Part shown: piece after piece, positions 38,657 through 47,728 of the stretch
Layout: the number at the start of each line of letters is the position of its first letter
How positions within the stretch are numbered: the stretch's first letter is position 1
Assembly: GCA_963738405.1 (NCBI GenBank)
Contig: CAVTWJ010000023.1
Location: forward strand, 377,826 to 441,825
Source: a candidate division FCPU426 bacterium
Lineage (GTDB): Bacteria; Oederibacteriota; Muellerivitia; Muellerivitales; Muellerivitaceae
DNA: 64,000 nucleotides
Direction of reading: 5' to 3'
Notes under the pieces: model-generated
Databases searched by the model: none
What the model was told of the DNA's origin: nothing
What the model saw: the letters and a program-made list of their open reading frames with translations, nothing else
Made by a program: the position numbers and the translations under genes

Positions 38657-39709
38657 ATGAAAAAATATTTTCACTTAATGCCTTTTACCGCAATCATAGC
38701 CCTGCAGATAGCTTGCTCCTCCCCCAATAGTCCGAGCCATCCCCAGAGCGGCTCAACCACCAACTCCCTTCCTTCCATCTCAACCAATGGAAAAGCATGG
38801 GGCGTTTCTTCGGCGCCCCAACCCACGGGTTTCCTGGGGGCCATTGTTTACGACTCGAGCAGTAATATGGCCGTTAACAACCGGGTCCGGTTCATGAGCA
38901 CTGACGACAACCTTTATTTTCAAACCATACCCTCCTCCAACCCCAATTTGGTCGCAGGGGGCGGCGGGCATCTTTACCAACAGACTGGAAACCCAAGTGA
39001 CGCGGTACCCGTGCTTTTGTTCCCTTACGCACATATGACCAATCAAAGATGGGCGGGTGTCCGGTATTGTCTTTCGCCTAATGGGTTGGATATCACTTCG
39101 GCTCAGGGCTTTCATTCTTGGATTTACAATGACGGCAATAATAAATTCATCATGTTTGATTTCGGCGTCATCAACGAGGATTCCAATAATAATGGTTTAT
39201 TAGACACCGAAATGGCACCACTGAATTCCATAACCGATTGCGGATTTCCCATTTTCTATTTCAATAACCCGCTGATACCGGACCCCTTCAACGCCGGTTC
39301 CAGCATCCTGGCGCCCTCTTGTGGGCCAGTGACCTATTCCATTAGTTCCTTTCCTGGCGGCAACAACCAATATTCAAACGAAACTTATACCCAAGAAGGA
39401 TCTCGAAACGGAATTTTGGATTCGGAAGATTCCTATCAGCTTGGTTTTCTTGATTATGGGGATGCCTATTACGAATACGGTATCCAAGCGAATTGGACCG
39501 GCTGGCAAATGGTCGATATCCCCGTGAACTTCACCGCTCCCGATGGGATGTATACGACCGCAAGCGGCATCAATTACTTTTTGCATTCCCAGCCTAATTG
39601 GAGCCCCACCTTGATCCGCACCGCTAGAATATGGATAACCGGACAATCTTCGGCCGAAACAAGCGGCTATTTCACTGTGGAATCCGCCAGCTTTTCCCAA
39701 ACTCCATGA
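38657..39709 (+). CDS. Lipoprotein with a SprA-like soluble segment
   Basis: Lipobox IAC; DFGVINED...NGLLDTE...NGILDSED...YYEYGI...WQMVDIP...IRTARIWITG. Confidence 0.65.
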   Translation: MKKYFHLMPFTAIIALQIACSSPNSPSHPQSGSTTNSLPSISTNGKAWGVSSAPQPTGFLGAIVYDSSSNMAVNNRVRFMSTDDNLYFQTIPSSNPNLVAGGGGHLYQQTGNPSDAVPVLLFPYAHMTNQRWAGVRYCLSPNGLDITSAQGFHSWIYNDGNNKFIMFDFGVINEDSNNNGLLDTEMAPLNSITDCGFPIFYFNNPLIPDPFNAGSSILAPSCGPVTYSISSFPGGNNQYSNETYTQEGSRNGILDSEDSYQLGFLDYGDAYYEYGIQANWTGWQMVDIPVNFTAPDGMYTTASGINYFLHSQPNWSPTLIRTARIWITGQSSAETSGYFTVESASFSQTP

Positions 39710-39734
39710 AGAAAGTGTCTACCGCCAACATCCG

Positions 39735-40094
39735 TTAATGAACCTGGGTCAGGTAAAGGTGGGTTCCGTCGGGGTCTTTGAAGAGAGCTAGGAAATTAAT
39801 CTCATTTTCCTGGTACTGGAATTCAATTCCCTTGGCTTCCAGCTCTTTGGAGACTGCTTTGATGTCCTTCACCTCAAATCCGATGGAAATGTGGTTTTCC
39901 TTCGGCGCTCCATGTGCCCCCGGCCTTTTGGGATGCAGGCCAATGGTTAAGCCCGGGGTGGTCATTTCCGCCCAGCTGTCCCCGTAACGGAAGTCTTCAT
40001 AAAGCCCCAAAAGCCCATTGTAAAACTCCACCGACTTATCGAGGTTGTCTACCATGATGGTGACATAGGCTTTTTTATATTCGGGCATCGGCAA
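39735..40094 (-). CDS. VOC/glyoxalase family protein
   Basis: VTIMVDNLDKSVEFY...ISIGFEVKD...FKDPDG. Confidence 0.88.
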   Translation of the reverse strand: MPMPEYKKAYVTIMVDNLDKSVEFYNGLLGLYEDFRYGDSWAEMTTPGLTIGLHPKRPGAHGAPKENHISIGFEVKDIKAVSKELEAKGIEFQYQENEINFLALFKDPDGTHLYLTQVH

Positions 40095-40109
40095 GTCCCC
40101 TAGTTAAAT

Positions 40110-40928
40110 TTAGTCGGTAAATTTATTATTTTTTAGCACAATTTTTGTAATGTCTGAATAAAACGAGTAAAGATTTTCCCCTGAAATTGGCGCTTCCCCA
40201 GGGTGAGCGGAATTATTTCTGAACAAAAAACAATGCCGAAGTCTTTCATGCTCATTCCCATCAATGTAGCCCAAATACTCTAAAACCCACAAAATGTCAG
40301 TGTCAAAAACCTCCCTCAGTTCCGATAAAGAATTCACTATGTATTTTTTCTTGAATCTTTTAAATTTTCCTTGCGTTAATTGATTCATTTCATCAATTGC
40401 CGTATTGAATTTTTCAAATCCTAACAATTCAATTTTTCGATGAATTTTATCAATCGTTGCGCACCAACCCAAAATTATGGATGCTCGAATACAATTGTTG
40501 GATGCACAAATTGCAGCTTCTTTTAAATAATCTTTTTCGTCGGTTGGAAGACCTTCTAAATAAGGAGTAATGTTTAGCCCCTCAGTAGATAAAAAAGAAC
40601 CAATTTGAACTTTGTGAATTATTTCATCAGAATAATTATCCAAGACATCTTGCAGCAGAGCCTTAACTGAAATGGTTCTTGATACTTTTCTGGAATACTC
40701 AAGCAATTTTTCAAACTTTTCCGAATACTTCTTCAACATCTCCTGATCAAAACTTATCTTATTCAAAGATGGGAAAACCGCATCAAACCAAGTGATAGCA
40801 ATGCTTTTAGCCAACTCTTGATCAGATTTTTTAGACATCACGGTAGTAGCCGATTTATTTAGTCCGGTTGAAAATTCTTTAATCTTTTCAAGATGAAAAT
40901 TTAATATCTCAAGGATTTTATCTTTCAT
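40110..40928 (-). CDS. AT-rich protein with C-terminal HEPN-like domain (RxxxxH)
   Basis: YLKEAAIC...RASIILGW helix pair and RNNSAHP motif (40203-40220). Confidence 0.7.
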   Translation of the reverse strand: MKDKILEILNFHLEKIKEFSTGLNKSATTVMSKKSDQELAKSIAITWFDAVFPSLNKISFDQEMLKKYSEKFEKLLEYSRKVSRTISVKALLQDVLDNYSDEIIHKVQIGSFLSTEGLNITPYLEGLPTDEKDYLKEAAICASNNCIRASIILGWCATIDKIHRKIELLGFEKFNTAIDEMNQLTQGKFKRFKKKYIVNSLSELREVFDTDILWVLEYLGYIDGNEHERLRHCFLFRNNSAHPGEAPISGENLYSFYSDITKIVLKNNKFTD

Positions 40929-40929
40929 T

Positions 40930-41541
40930 TTATTGAGCGAGTTGTTTTATGATTTCCGCAAGTTTAGAAAGACCTTGGGGTGACAATTCTACAGTTCCAT
41001 TTTCGTCGATTGTTTTTTCAGTGATCGTCCCTTTAAAGGATTCAAAATGCTTTTTCAGATTAGCCGTAAAATTCGAATCATGAAATCCAGCATCCTTACA
41101 AGCATCTCTTATGTCAGAATAAAGGGCTTTAAATTGTCCGGTTGTAAGAGCGTTTTCGAGCAGTATCATGAATACTTGTTGCACTTGCGCCACAGCTAAT
41201 TTCGACGAATCAATTTTGAATATCGGCAATATTGGTTGATGATCCAACATAAAAAGCTTTTCAAGATCTTTTTCCGACAAATTATTTTTCTTCAAAATAA
41301 CCAATACATTTCCAGGAAGTTTATAGGGTGGCACTGGTGATTTAACACCATCCTTAATTTCTTCAGCGGTCTGAACACCTTGTAAAGGAATAGGCTGAAT
41401 TTTATGGCCTAAAATTTTTAAATCGAACAATAGTTCAAAGCATTTTTCTTGAACACTTTCAGGACAAGCTCTAACAACTTTGTTAATTTCTTCGATTGTC
41501 GCTGCTAATTGCTGCCAATCCTCAGTATTGTTACTCATCAT
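40930..41541 (-). CDS. AT-rich protein, probable C-terminal winged-helix domain
   Basis: AGGAG RBS; DIRDACKDAGFHDSNFTANLKK...VELSPQGLSKLAEII resembles a wHTH; stop 1 nt from the HEPN gene start. Confidence 0.6.
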   Translation of the reverse strand: MMSNNTEDWQQLAATIEEINKVVRACPESVQEKCFELLFDLKILGHKIQPIPLQGVQTAEEIKDGVKSPVPPYKLPGNVLVILKKNNLSEKDLEKLFMLDHQPILPIFKIDSSKLAVAQVQQVFMILLENALTTGQFKALYSDIRDACKDAGFHDSNFTANLKKHFESFKGTITEKTIDENGTVELSPQGLSKLAEIIKQLAQ

Positions 41542-41658
41542 TTTCTCCTAAAATTTTGATAAAAAATTAGAAGCAACTTCTATAGTCTAAGACCAAGCGA
41601 TTTTAACCCTCTCCCTCTCATTTTGTCTGGGCTCAGAACATCAATATTTTATAATCCC

Positions 41659-41697
41659 AAAATAAAAAGCCCCGCCCCCAATGAAGGAAGCGAGGCT
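41659..41697 (-). terminator. Intrinsic terminator of nrdJ
   Basis: Minus strand agcctcgcttcc-ttcatt-gggggcggggct-ttttatttt. Confidence 0.75.
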
Positions 41698-41749
41698 CGG
41701 CCTCTATTTACACAGCCCCTCTGTTCAAGAGGGACATCGACTTCTTTGC

Positions 41750-44527
41750 TTAGCTACAACCGCTGCTCGTGCCGCAATTCAGGCACTTATAGCAGGCCGC
41801 GCTTCGAACCATGATGGTTCCGCATTCGGGGCAAGGGGGGGCATCCGCCTGGGTGACAAACACGCCCTTTTCCCTCTTCTCCGACTCGCTGGTTTGGGCT
41901 TCCACCATCTTGGCCACATTGGCCTTGACCGGCGCCTGCTTGGGATGCGAAGCCAAGCCGATCGCGTCGACCCCGTCCGCCATTTCAGCGGCTCCACGCT
42001 CCCCTGCCGGCAAGAACTTGATGGCCAGCCAGCGGAAGATGTAGTCGGTGATGGACTTGGCGAAACGCACTTCCGGGTTATTCGTGATGCCGGATGGCTC
42101 GTAGCGGCTGTGGCTGAACTTGTTCACCAAAACCTTCAGCGGCACGCCGTACTGCAATGCCAGGGAGATTCCCGTGGCGAAGGAATCCATAAGCCCGGAG
42201 ACGGTGGAACCTTCCTTCGACATGGTGATGAACAACTCACCAGGGGTTCCATCCTCGAACTTGCCGACGGTGATATAGCCTTCGTGCCCCGCGATGGAGA
42301 ACTTGTGGGTGATGGCTTCCCTTTCATCGGGCAGGCGGCGGCGCACCGGCTTGGGTACCTTGGCCTTGCCTTCTTCGGTATTGGTGGAAAGGGGCTGGGA
42401 CCTCTTGCAACCGTCGCGGTAAACCGCCACGGCCTTCAGGCCCATTTTCCAGCTTTCCAGGTAGGCTTGTTGGATGTCCTCCACCGTGGCCTCGTTGGGC
42501 AGGTTGACGGTCTTGGAAATGGCGCCCGACAAGAAGGGCTGAACCGCCGCCATCATGCGCACATGGCCCATGTAATGGATGGAACGGGTGCCGTTCATGG
42601 GTTTGAAGGCGCAGTCGAACACCGGCAGATGCTCGGTTTTCAAGTGCGGCGCGCCCTCGATGGTGTCGTGGGCTTCAATGTAGGCCAAGATGTCCTTTAC
42701 CTGGCTTTCGCTGTATTTCAGGTTCTTCAAGGCCGCGGGCACGGTTTGGTTGACGATCTTAATGACCCCGCCGCCCACCAGCTTCTTGTACTTCACCAAA
42801 GCGATATCGGGCTCGACCCCGGTGGTGTCGCAATCCATCATGAAACCGATGGTGCCGGTCGGAGCCAGCACGGTCACCTGGCCGTTGCGGAAGCCCCATT
42901 CTTTGCCGGTTTCCAGAACGTCTTTCCAGGCCTGCTGGGAAGCCAAATAAAGGTCTTCGCTCATGCCGGTGTTTTTGATCTTGGCGGCTTCGGTTTGGTG
43001 CATCTTCATCACGTTCAGCATGGGCTGTTCGTTGCGGTTGTAGCCCCGGAAGGGTCCCACTTCCTTGGCGATGCGGGCGCTCATGTAGTTGGCCCGGCCA
43101 TGCATGAGGGAAGTCACCGCGGCGGCATAGTTGCGGCCTTCATCCCCGTCGTAGGGCAACCCACGCGACATAAGAAGAGCTCCCAGGTTGGCGTAGCCTA
43201 ACCCGAGAGGACGATAGTCGTGGCTGTTGCGCTCGATGGGCTTGGTGGGGTAGCTGGCGTTATCCACCGTGATTTCCTGCGCCAGGATGGTGATATCCAC
43301 GGCGTGCACGAAAGAATCCACGTCGAACTCACCCTCGGGGGTGCGGAACTTCATGAGGTTGAGGGAAGCCAGGTTGCAGGCCGAATCGTCCAGGTACATA
43401 TATTCAGAACAGGGGTTGGACGAATTGATGCGGGCCGTGTTGCTGCTTGTGTGCCACTTGTTGATGGTGGTGTCGTACTGCATGCCCGGGTCGCCGCAGA
43501 TCCAGGTGGATTCGGCGATCATGCGAAGCAGGTCCTTGGCCTTGTAGGTATCCATGGGCTTGCCGTCTTTGCGGGCCTTGGTGGTGAAGGTGCCGTCGGC
43601 TTGCGCGGCGTTCATGAATTCGTCCGTCACGCGAACCGAGTGGTTGGCGTTTTGGAACTGGATGGAATCGTAAGCCCCGCCCTGAACGTTGAAGCCGCCT
43701 TCGTAGCCGGCCTCAATAAGAGCCCAGGCTTTCTTTTCTTCGTCGCTCTTGGACTTGATGAAATCCACGATGTCCGGATGTTCCACGTCCAAGATAACCA
43801 TCTTGGCCGCACGGCGGGTGCGCCCGCCCGACTTGATGACCCCGGCGAAAGAATCGTAACCCTTCATAAAAGAGACAGGGCCGGAGGCCGTGCCGCCGCC
43901 GGAAAGCTTCTCACGCGAGGCGCGAAGGGCCGAAAAGTTAGTGCCTGTTCCCGAACCATATTTAAAGAGCATGCCTTCGGTTTTGGCCAGATCAAGGATC
44001 GATTCCATGGAATCGGAAACCGAGTTGATGAAGCAGGCGGAGCACTGGGGGCGGGGTTCGATCCCGACGTTGAACCAGACGGGAGAATTGAAAGCCATCT
44101 TTTGGTGAACGAGGAGGTGGGTCAATTCATTATGGAAGATTTCAGCGTCCGACTCGGAGGCGAAGTAACCCATGTCCTTGCCCCACTCGCTGATGGTGTC
44201 CGCGACCCGGCGGATCAACTGCTTGACGGAGCGTTCGCGTTTTTCGGTGCCCATGACGCCGTGGAAATATTTGGAGACCACGATGTTGGTGGCGGTCTGC
44301 GACCAGCTCTTGGGGGTCTCGACGTCCTTTTGTTCGAAGATGACCTTTCCCTTTTCGTCGGTGATGTTGGCGGAGCGCAGTTCCCATTCCACCTCGTCGA
44401 AGGGATGCACACCCTTCTTGGTGAACATTCGGGAAAACTTCAACCCGCCCTCGCGGGTGAAGGTATTGGGTCTTACGAAAACTTCCGGGCTGGTGGTGGT
44501 GCTGGGCTGGTTCGGCTTCGCAGGCAT
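41750..44527 (-). CDS. nrdJ: Class II (adenosylcobalamin-dependent) ribonucleotide reductase with TSCPD region and C-terminal Zn ribbon
   Basis: FNSPVWFN, QCSACFI, NPCSE, ACNLASLN, LAPTGTI, SGAISKT, YRDG, CPECG...CLNCG; GAGGAGG RBS. Confidence 0.95.
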   Translation of the reverse strand: MPAKPNQPSTTTSPEVFVRPNTFTREGGLKFSRMFTKKGVHPFDEVEWELRSANITDEKGKVIFEQKDVETPKSWSQTATNIVVSKYFHGVMGTEKRERSVKQLIRRVADTISEWGKDMGYFASESDAEIFHNELTHLLVHQKMAFNSPVWFNVGIEPRPQCSACFINSVSDSMESILDLAKTEGMLFKYGSGTGTNFSALRASREKLSGGGTASGPVSFMKGYDSFAGVIKSGGRTRRAAKMVILDVEHPDIVDFIKSKSDEEKKAWALIEAGYEGGFNVQGGAYDSIQFQNANHSVRVTDEFMNAAQADGTFTTKARKDGKPMDTYKAKDLLRMIAESTWICGDPGMQYDTTINKWHTSSNTARINSSNPCSEYMYLDDSACNLASLNLMKFRTPEGEFDVDSFVHAVDITILAQEITVDNASYPTKPIERNSHDYRPLGLGYANLGALLMSRGLPYDGDEGRNYAAAVTSLMHGRANYMSARIAKEVGPFRGYNRNEQPMLNVMKMHQTEAAKIKNTGMSEDLYLASQQAWKDVLETGKEWGFRNGQVTVLAPTGTIGFMMDCDTTGVEPDIALVKYKKLVGGGVIKIVNQTVPAALKNLKYSESQVKDILAYIEAHDTIEGAPHLKTEHLPVFDCAFKPMNGTRSIHYMGHVRMMAAVQPFLSGAISKTVNLPNEATVEDIQQAYLESWKMGLKAVAVYRDGCKRSQPLSTNTEEGKAKVPKPVRRRLPDEREAITHKFSIAGHEGYITVGKFEDGTPGELFITMSKEGSTVSGLMDSFATGISLALQYGVPLKVLVNKFSHSRYEPSGITNNPEVRFAKSITDYIFRWLAIKFLPAGERGAAEMADGVDAIGLASHPKQAPVKANVAKMVEAQTSESEKREKGVFVTQADAPPCPECGTIMVRSAACYKCLNCGTSSGCS

Positions 44528-44827
44528 GCGTCCTCCTCAAATTCGAATATCTTTAATTTTTAAACTGGGCCAAGGGCTTGCTTGACAAGGTTAACGGTTG
44601 GTTAACCAGGTTTTTGTGCCTTTGGTTGTCGGGATGTCGTTGGGTAAGTCGGCGTGGAAATGCGGCAGTGGTTGAGGCTCTACGGTTCGTCGGCTCCCTT
44701 AAAAGCTATCCCCCTGTTTTTCGCGCTCAATGACAGCCCCTTTCGGTGCCGCCCCCCATGAACGCCCTTCATGTCGGCTTGAAGGGGTTTTAATTTCAGC
44801 CTCAAGATTGGCGGAAAATCTATATTT

Positions 44828-44874
44828 ACCCCATATTTAGTCGACGTTTAGTTTATAGCCACTACACTTAGTGT
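44828..44874. promoter_or_regulatory. Tandem NrdR boxes
   Basis: accccatatttagtcg (44828-44843) and ccactacacttagtgt (44859-44874) resemble acaCwAtATaTwGtgt, are 31 bp apart and lie upstream of nrdJ. Confidence 0.75.
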
Positions 44875-44880
44875 TGTCAA
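44852..44880 (-). promoter_or_regulatory. Sigma70-type nrdJ promoter
   Basis: Minus strand TTGACA-N17-TATAAA with an NrdR box in the spacer. Confidence 0.7.
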
Positions 44881-45041
44881 AGGAAATATTATTTTTTAGT
44901 AAAGTTAACGCAAATTAAATTTTTTCAAGAAAAAAATTCAAAATCATCCCAACTTTTCAGCCAAAAACAAAAATTCAGACCCAAAAGATAAGCAAATTTA
45001 AATTTCGGGAAGGCTATAGACGACCGACAAAAACGTATATC

Positions 45042-45129
45042 AGCCACAGATTCATGGGATAAATGGGATATTAAAACCTTCCAAGAAATTCTTTTGATCT
45101 ATCTGTGTGCATCCCATGCATCGGTGGCT
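45042..45129. repeat. Imperfect inverted repeat with internal ~9-nt periodicity (REP-like)
   Basis: agccacagattcatgggataaatgggata pairs with tatctgtgtgcatcccatgcatcggtggct. Confidence 0.7.
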
Positions 45130-45156
45130 AAATTTTAGTTTGAGATTCGAACTATC

Positions 45157-46152
45157 TCACTCAAATTTTTCCGAAACCTTGGGCTTGCCCTCGATCTGGT
45201 TGAGGTACTGGTCCTGGTGAACCTTATTGCGGTCCTTCAGCCAGGAGTCGCAATAGGGGCAGGCGGCGGGCCTATCGCCCCAGTCTTCCAGTTGGGCTTG
45301 GAACTTCACCGCGTCCTTTTGATCCTCCAGGCGCTGGCTCAAATCGTAGCAGTTGGCGAGGCAAGAGAAATCGTCCGGATGGTTCTTCAAGTAATTCTCA
45401 AAATAACTAAGGTATTTGGAGCACTGGTCGTCGGTGGCGTGAAGGGCGTCGTAACTTGAAACTTGGTCCAGGTATTCGTCCGCCCCTTCGGCGAACCTCT
45501 TACCGTCCCACTGGTAGGGCCTTCCGTAATAGATGAGGCAGTCGTCGCAGTTGTTGATGCGGGCCCTTTGATAATCCACCATCAAGATCTTGCCCTCTAG
45601 TTTTGAGACCCGGGGTCCCATGCCGTTGGAAGCGATTCGGGTGACCGGGTGAAACAGCCCCTCCCCGCCCAGGGTGTAGATGTTGGCGATCTGGGTCGCC
45701 CCTTGGGAAGAATAGACCACCAGTTGGTCCTTGCCTTCGCCTGTCAGGTCGGCGCCCTCGAAACCCTCGTAATGTTTTCCCTCGACCATCTCCACCTGGG
45801 ACAACTTCCATTCGTCCTTGACCTTGTGGAAATAGGCAAACGCCGCGCCCGTGTCCTCCACCAATTGTTTATCGCCGTTGTAAACCAGCCCCTTATCTTG
45901 GTAGCCCGAAAGGCCGATCACCACATCGTCCTTTTCCCCGCCCGAGAAATCGTGGTAGGCGATGCCCGTGACGTTCCAGAAGGCCTTGCGGGTGGCAGGA
46001 TATTTTTGGTTGAGGGTGTCCGTCATGTGAGTCAGGTTGATCTGGCCGAAGGCGATGAGGTCGGATGCCGTCTCATCCACGGCCCAAGCCCCTTGAAGGG
46101 GGAGGAGTAACAGGAAGAAAAACAGGAGATGACGGAAAGGTAAAGAAGCCAT
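45157..46152 (-). CDS. Secreted hypothetical protein with FG-GAP-like Asp motifs and Cys pairs
   Basis: Signal peptide AWA-V; DFSGGEKDDVV and DLTGEGKDQLVV; CDDC and CPYC. Confidence 0.7.
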   Translation of the reverse strand: MASLPFRHLLFFFLLLLPLQGAWAVDETASDLIAFGQINLTHMTDTLNQKYPATRKAFWNVTGIAYHDFSGGEKDDVVIGLSGYQDKGLVYNGDKQLVEDTGAAFAYFHKVKDEWKLSQVEMVEGKHYEGFEGADLTGEGKDQLVVYSSQGATQIANIYTLGGEGLFHPVTRIASNGMGPRVSKLEGKILMVDYQRARINNCDDCLIYYGRPYQWDGKRFAEGADEYLDQVSSYDALHATDDQCSKYLSYFENYLKNHPDDFSCLANCYDLSQRLEDQKDAVKFQAQLEDWGDRPAACPYCDSWLKDRNKVHQDQYLNQIEGKPKVSEKFE

Positions 46153-46190
46153 GCCCACCTCGGGAATTTAAACCCTAAAAGCAAAAACTA

Positions 46191-46277
46191 TTTTCACCAC
46201 CAAGTCACCAAGAACAACAAACCATTTGATTTGGACGAAAACATAAAAAGATTATTTTTTGGTGTCTTTGTGGTAAA
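46191..46277. repeat. Imperfect inverted repeat with internal ~9-nt periodicity (REP-like)
   Basis: ttcaccaccaagtcaccaagaa pairs with tttttggtgtctttgtggtaaa. Confidence 0.65.
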
Positions 46278-46290
46278 TATTTGCCTTTGT

Positions 46291-47601
46291 TTAGACGCCC
46301 TTGGCTTTCAACTGGGCCGCCAAATCCTCGAACCCCTTCTTTCCCAACAGCGCGAACATGTTCTTCTTATAGGCTTCCACCCCCGGCTGGTCAAAGGGGT
46401 TAACCCCCAAAAGGGTTCCCGAAATGCCGCAGGCCATTTCATAGAAATAGTAGAGGTAGCCCAGGTTAAATTCATTGATAGAGTCCAGGGTCAGCCTCAT
46501 CACCGGCAATCCCCCGTCCTTATGCGCCACAGCGGTTCCCCTCATGGCTTGTTCGTTGACCCAGGAAAGTTTCTTGCCCGCCAGAAAGTTCAATCCTTCC
46601 CGGTCGTCCTTGTCCTTCGGGATCACCACTTCATGTTCTTCCTTCGCCACCCAGAGGATGGTTTCCAACAGATCCCGGCGGCCTTCCTGCAGGTACTGGC
46701 CCATGCTGTGGAGATCGGTGGTTAAATCCACGGAGGCGGGGAAAAGCCCCTTGCCTTCTTTGCCTTCCGACTCCCCGTAAAGCTGTTTCCACCATTCGCC
46801 CACGTAATGCAGTTCGGGACGGAAGTTGGCCAAAACCTCAACCGTCTTTCCCTTTTGATAAAGAAGGTAACGGGCGGCGGCATAGCGGGCGGCGGGATTG
46901 GCGGCCAGATCGGTCGATTGGCAGTCCTTGGCGGCGGCCTGGGCACCCTTGAGGAGCTTGGCGATATCGAACCCGGCAATGGCAATGGGCAACAACCCTA
47001 CGGGGGTGAGGACGGAATAGCGCCCCCCCACGTCATCGGGAATCACAAAGGTAGAATAGCCTTCCTGATCCGCCATTCCCTTCAGGGCCCCCTTGGCCTG
47101 GTCGGTCACGGCCACGATGCGTTTTCGGGCCTTCTTCTCCCCCGCCTTCTTCGTGACCCAAGTCTTGAGGATGCGGAAAGCCACGGCCGGTTCGGTGGTG
47201 GTACCCGATTTGGAAATAACGCAGATGCCTGTCTTCTTGGGATTCAAGGAATCCAAAAGTTTGGAAAAACCCGTGGGGGAAAGGTGGTGCCCGGCATAGT
47301 GGATCTTATCGGACCCGCCCAAGGCCTCAATCGTGGCCTTGATGCCTAAGTAGGAGCCGCCGATTCCGACACAGACCACGCTTTCCAGGTCCTCAAAGGC
47401 CTTGGCAGCCTTGTTGATGGAGGCTAATTGCTTCTGGGCGTCAAAGGGAAGCTTGATCCAACCCAAAAAGTCGGACCCCCGCCCCGTATGGTTGAGAAGC
47501 GATTCGAGGGCGGTCTTGACCTGGGGGGCCAGGGCGGTGATTTGGGATTCGGGGACTGTGTCGTAGATATAGGAAAGGTCCAAATGGATGGGTTGAGGCA
47601 T
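46291..47601 (-). CDS. pgi: Glucose-6-phosphate isomerase
   Basis: GIGGSYLG, SKSGTTTE, VGGRYSV, QLYGESEGK, DLHSMGQ, NPFDQPGVE. Confidence 0.96.
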   Translation of the reverse strand: MPQPIHLDLSYIYDTVPESQITALAPQVKTALESLLNHTGRGSDFLGWIKLPFDAQKQLASINKAAKAFEDLESVVCVGIGGSYLGIKATIEALGGSDKIHYAGHHLSPTGFSKLLDSLNPKKTGICVISKSGTTTEPAVAFRILKTWVTKKAGEKKARKRIVAVTDQAKGALKGMADQEGYSTFVIPDDVGGRYSVLTPVGLLPIAIAGFDIAKLLKGAQAAAKDCQSTDLAANPAARYAAARYLLYQKGKTVEVLANFRPELHYVGEWWKQLYGESEGKEGKGLFPASVDLTTDLHSMGQYLQEGRRDLLETILWVAKEEHEVVIPKDKDDREGLNFLAGKKLSWVNEQAMRGTAVAHKDGGLPVMRLTLDSINEFNLGYLYYFYEMACGISGTLLGVNPFDQPGVEAYKKNMFALLGKKGFEDLAAQLKAKGV

Positions 47602-47728
47602 GGGGGCTCCTAACAAGAAAGGTGGGACGGGATCTTACCGGCCGGAGATGATTTAATCCCCTTCAGGGGATTCTTTCAAGGGGACTTTTCAGCCTCAAGA
47701 AAACCTTAAAAACACGGCAAGGAACCGC

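Noticed and set aside
22394..41541. Integron cassette array for the run of accessory genes
   Set aside because: Genes switch orientation repeatedly, there is no integrase, and no recurring attC-like sites lie between genes.
44528..44850. Cobalamin riboswitch before nrdJ
   Set aside because: The GGGAA...GCCACTG...GGGAAG core is not present in order; a CCACTG alone is insufficient.
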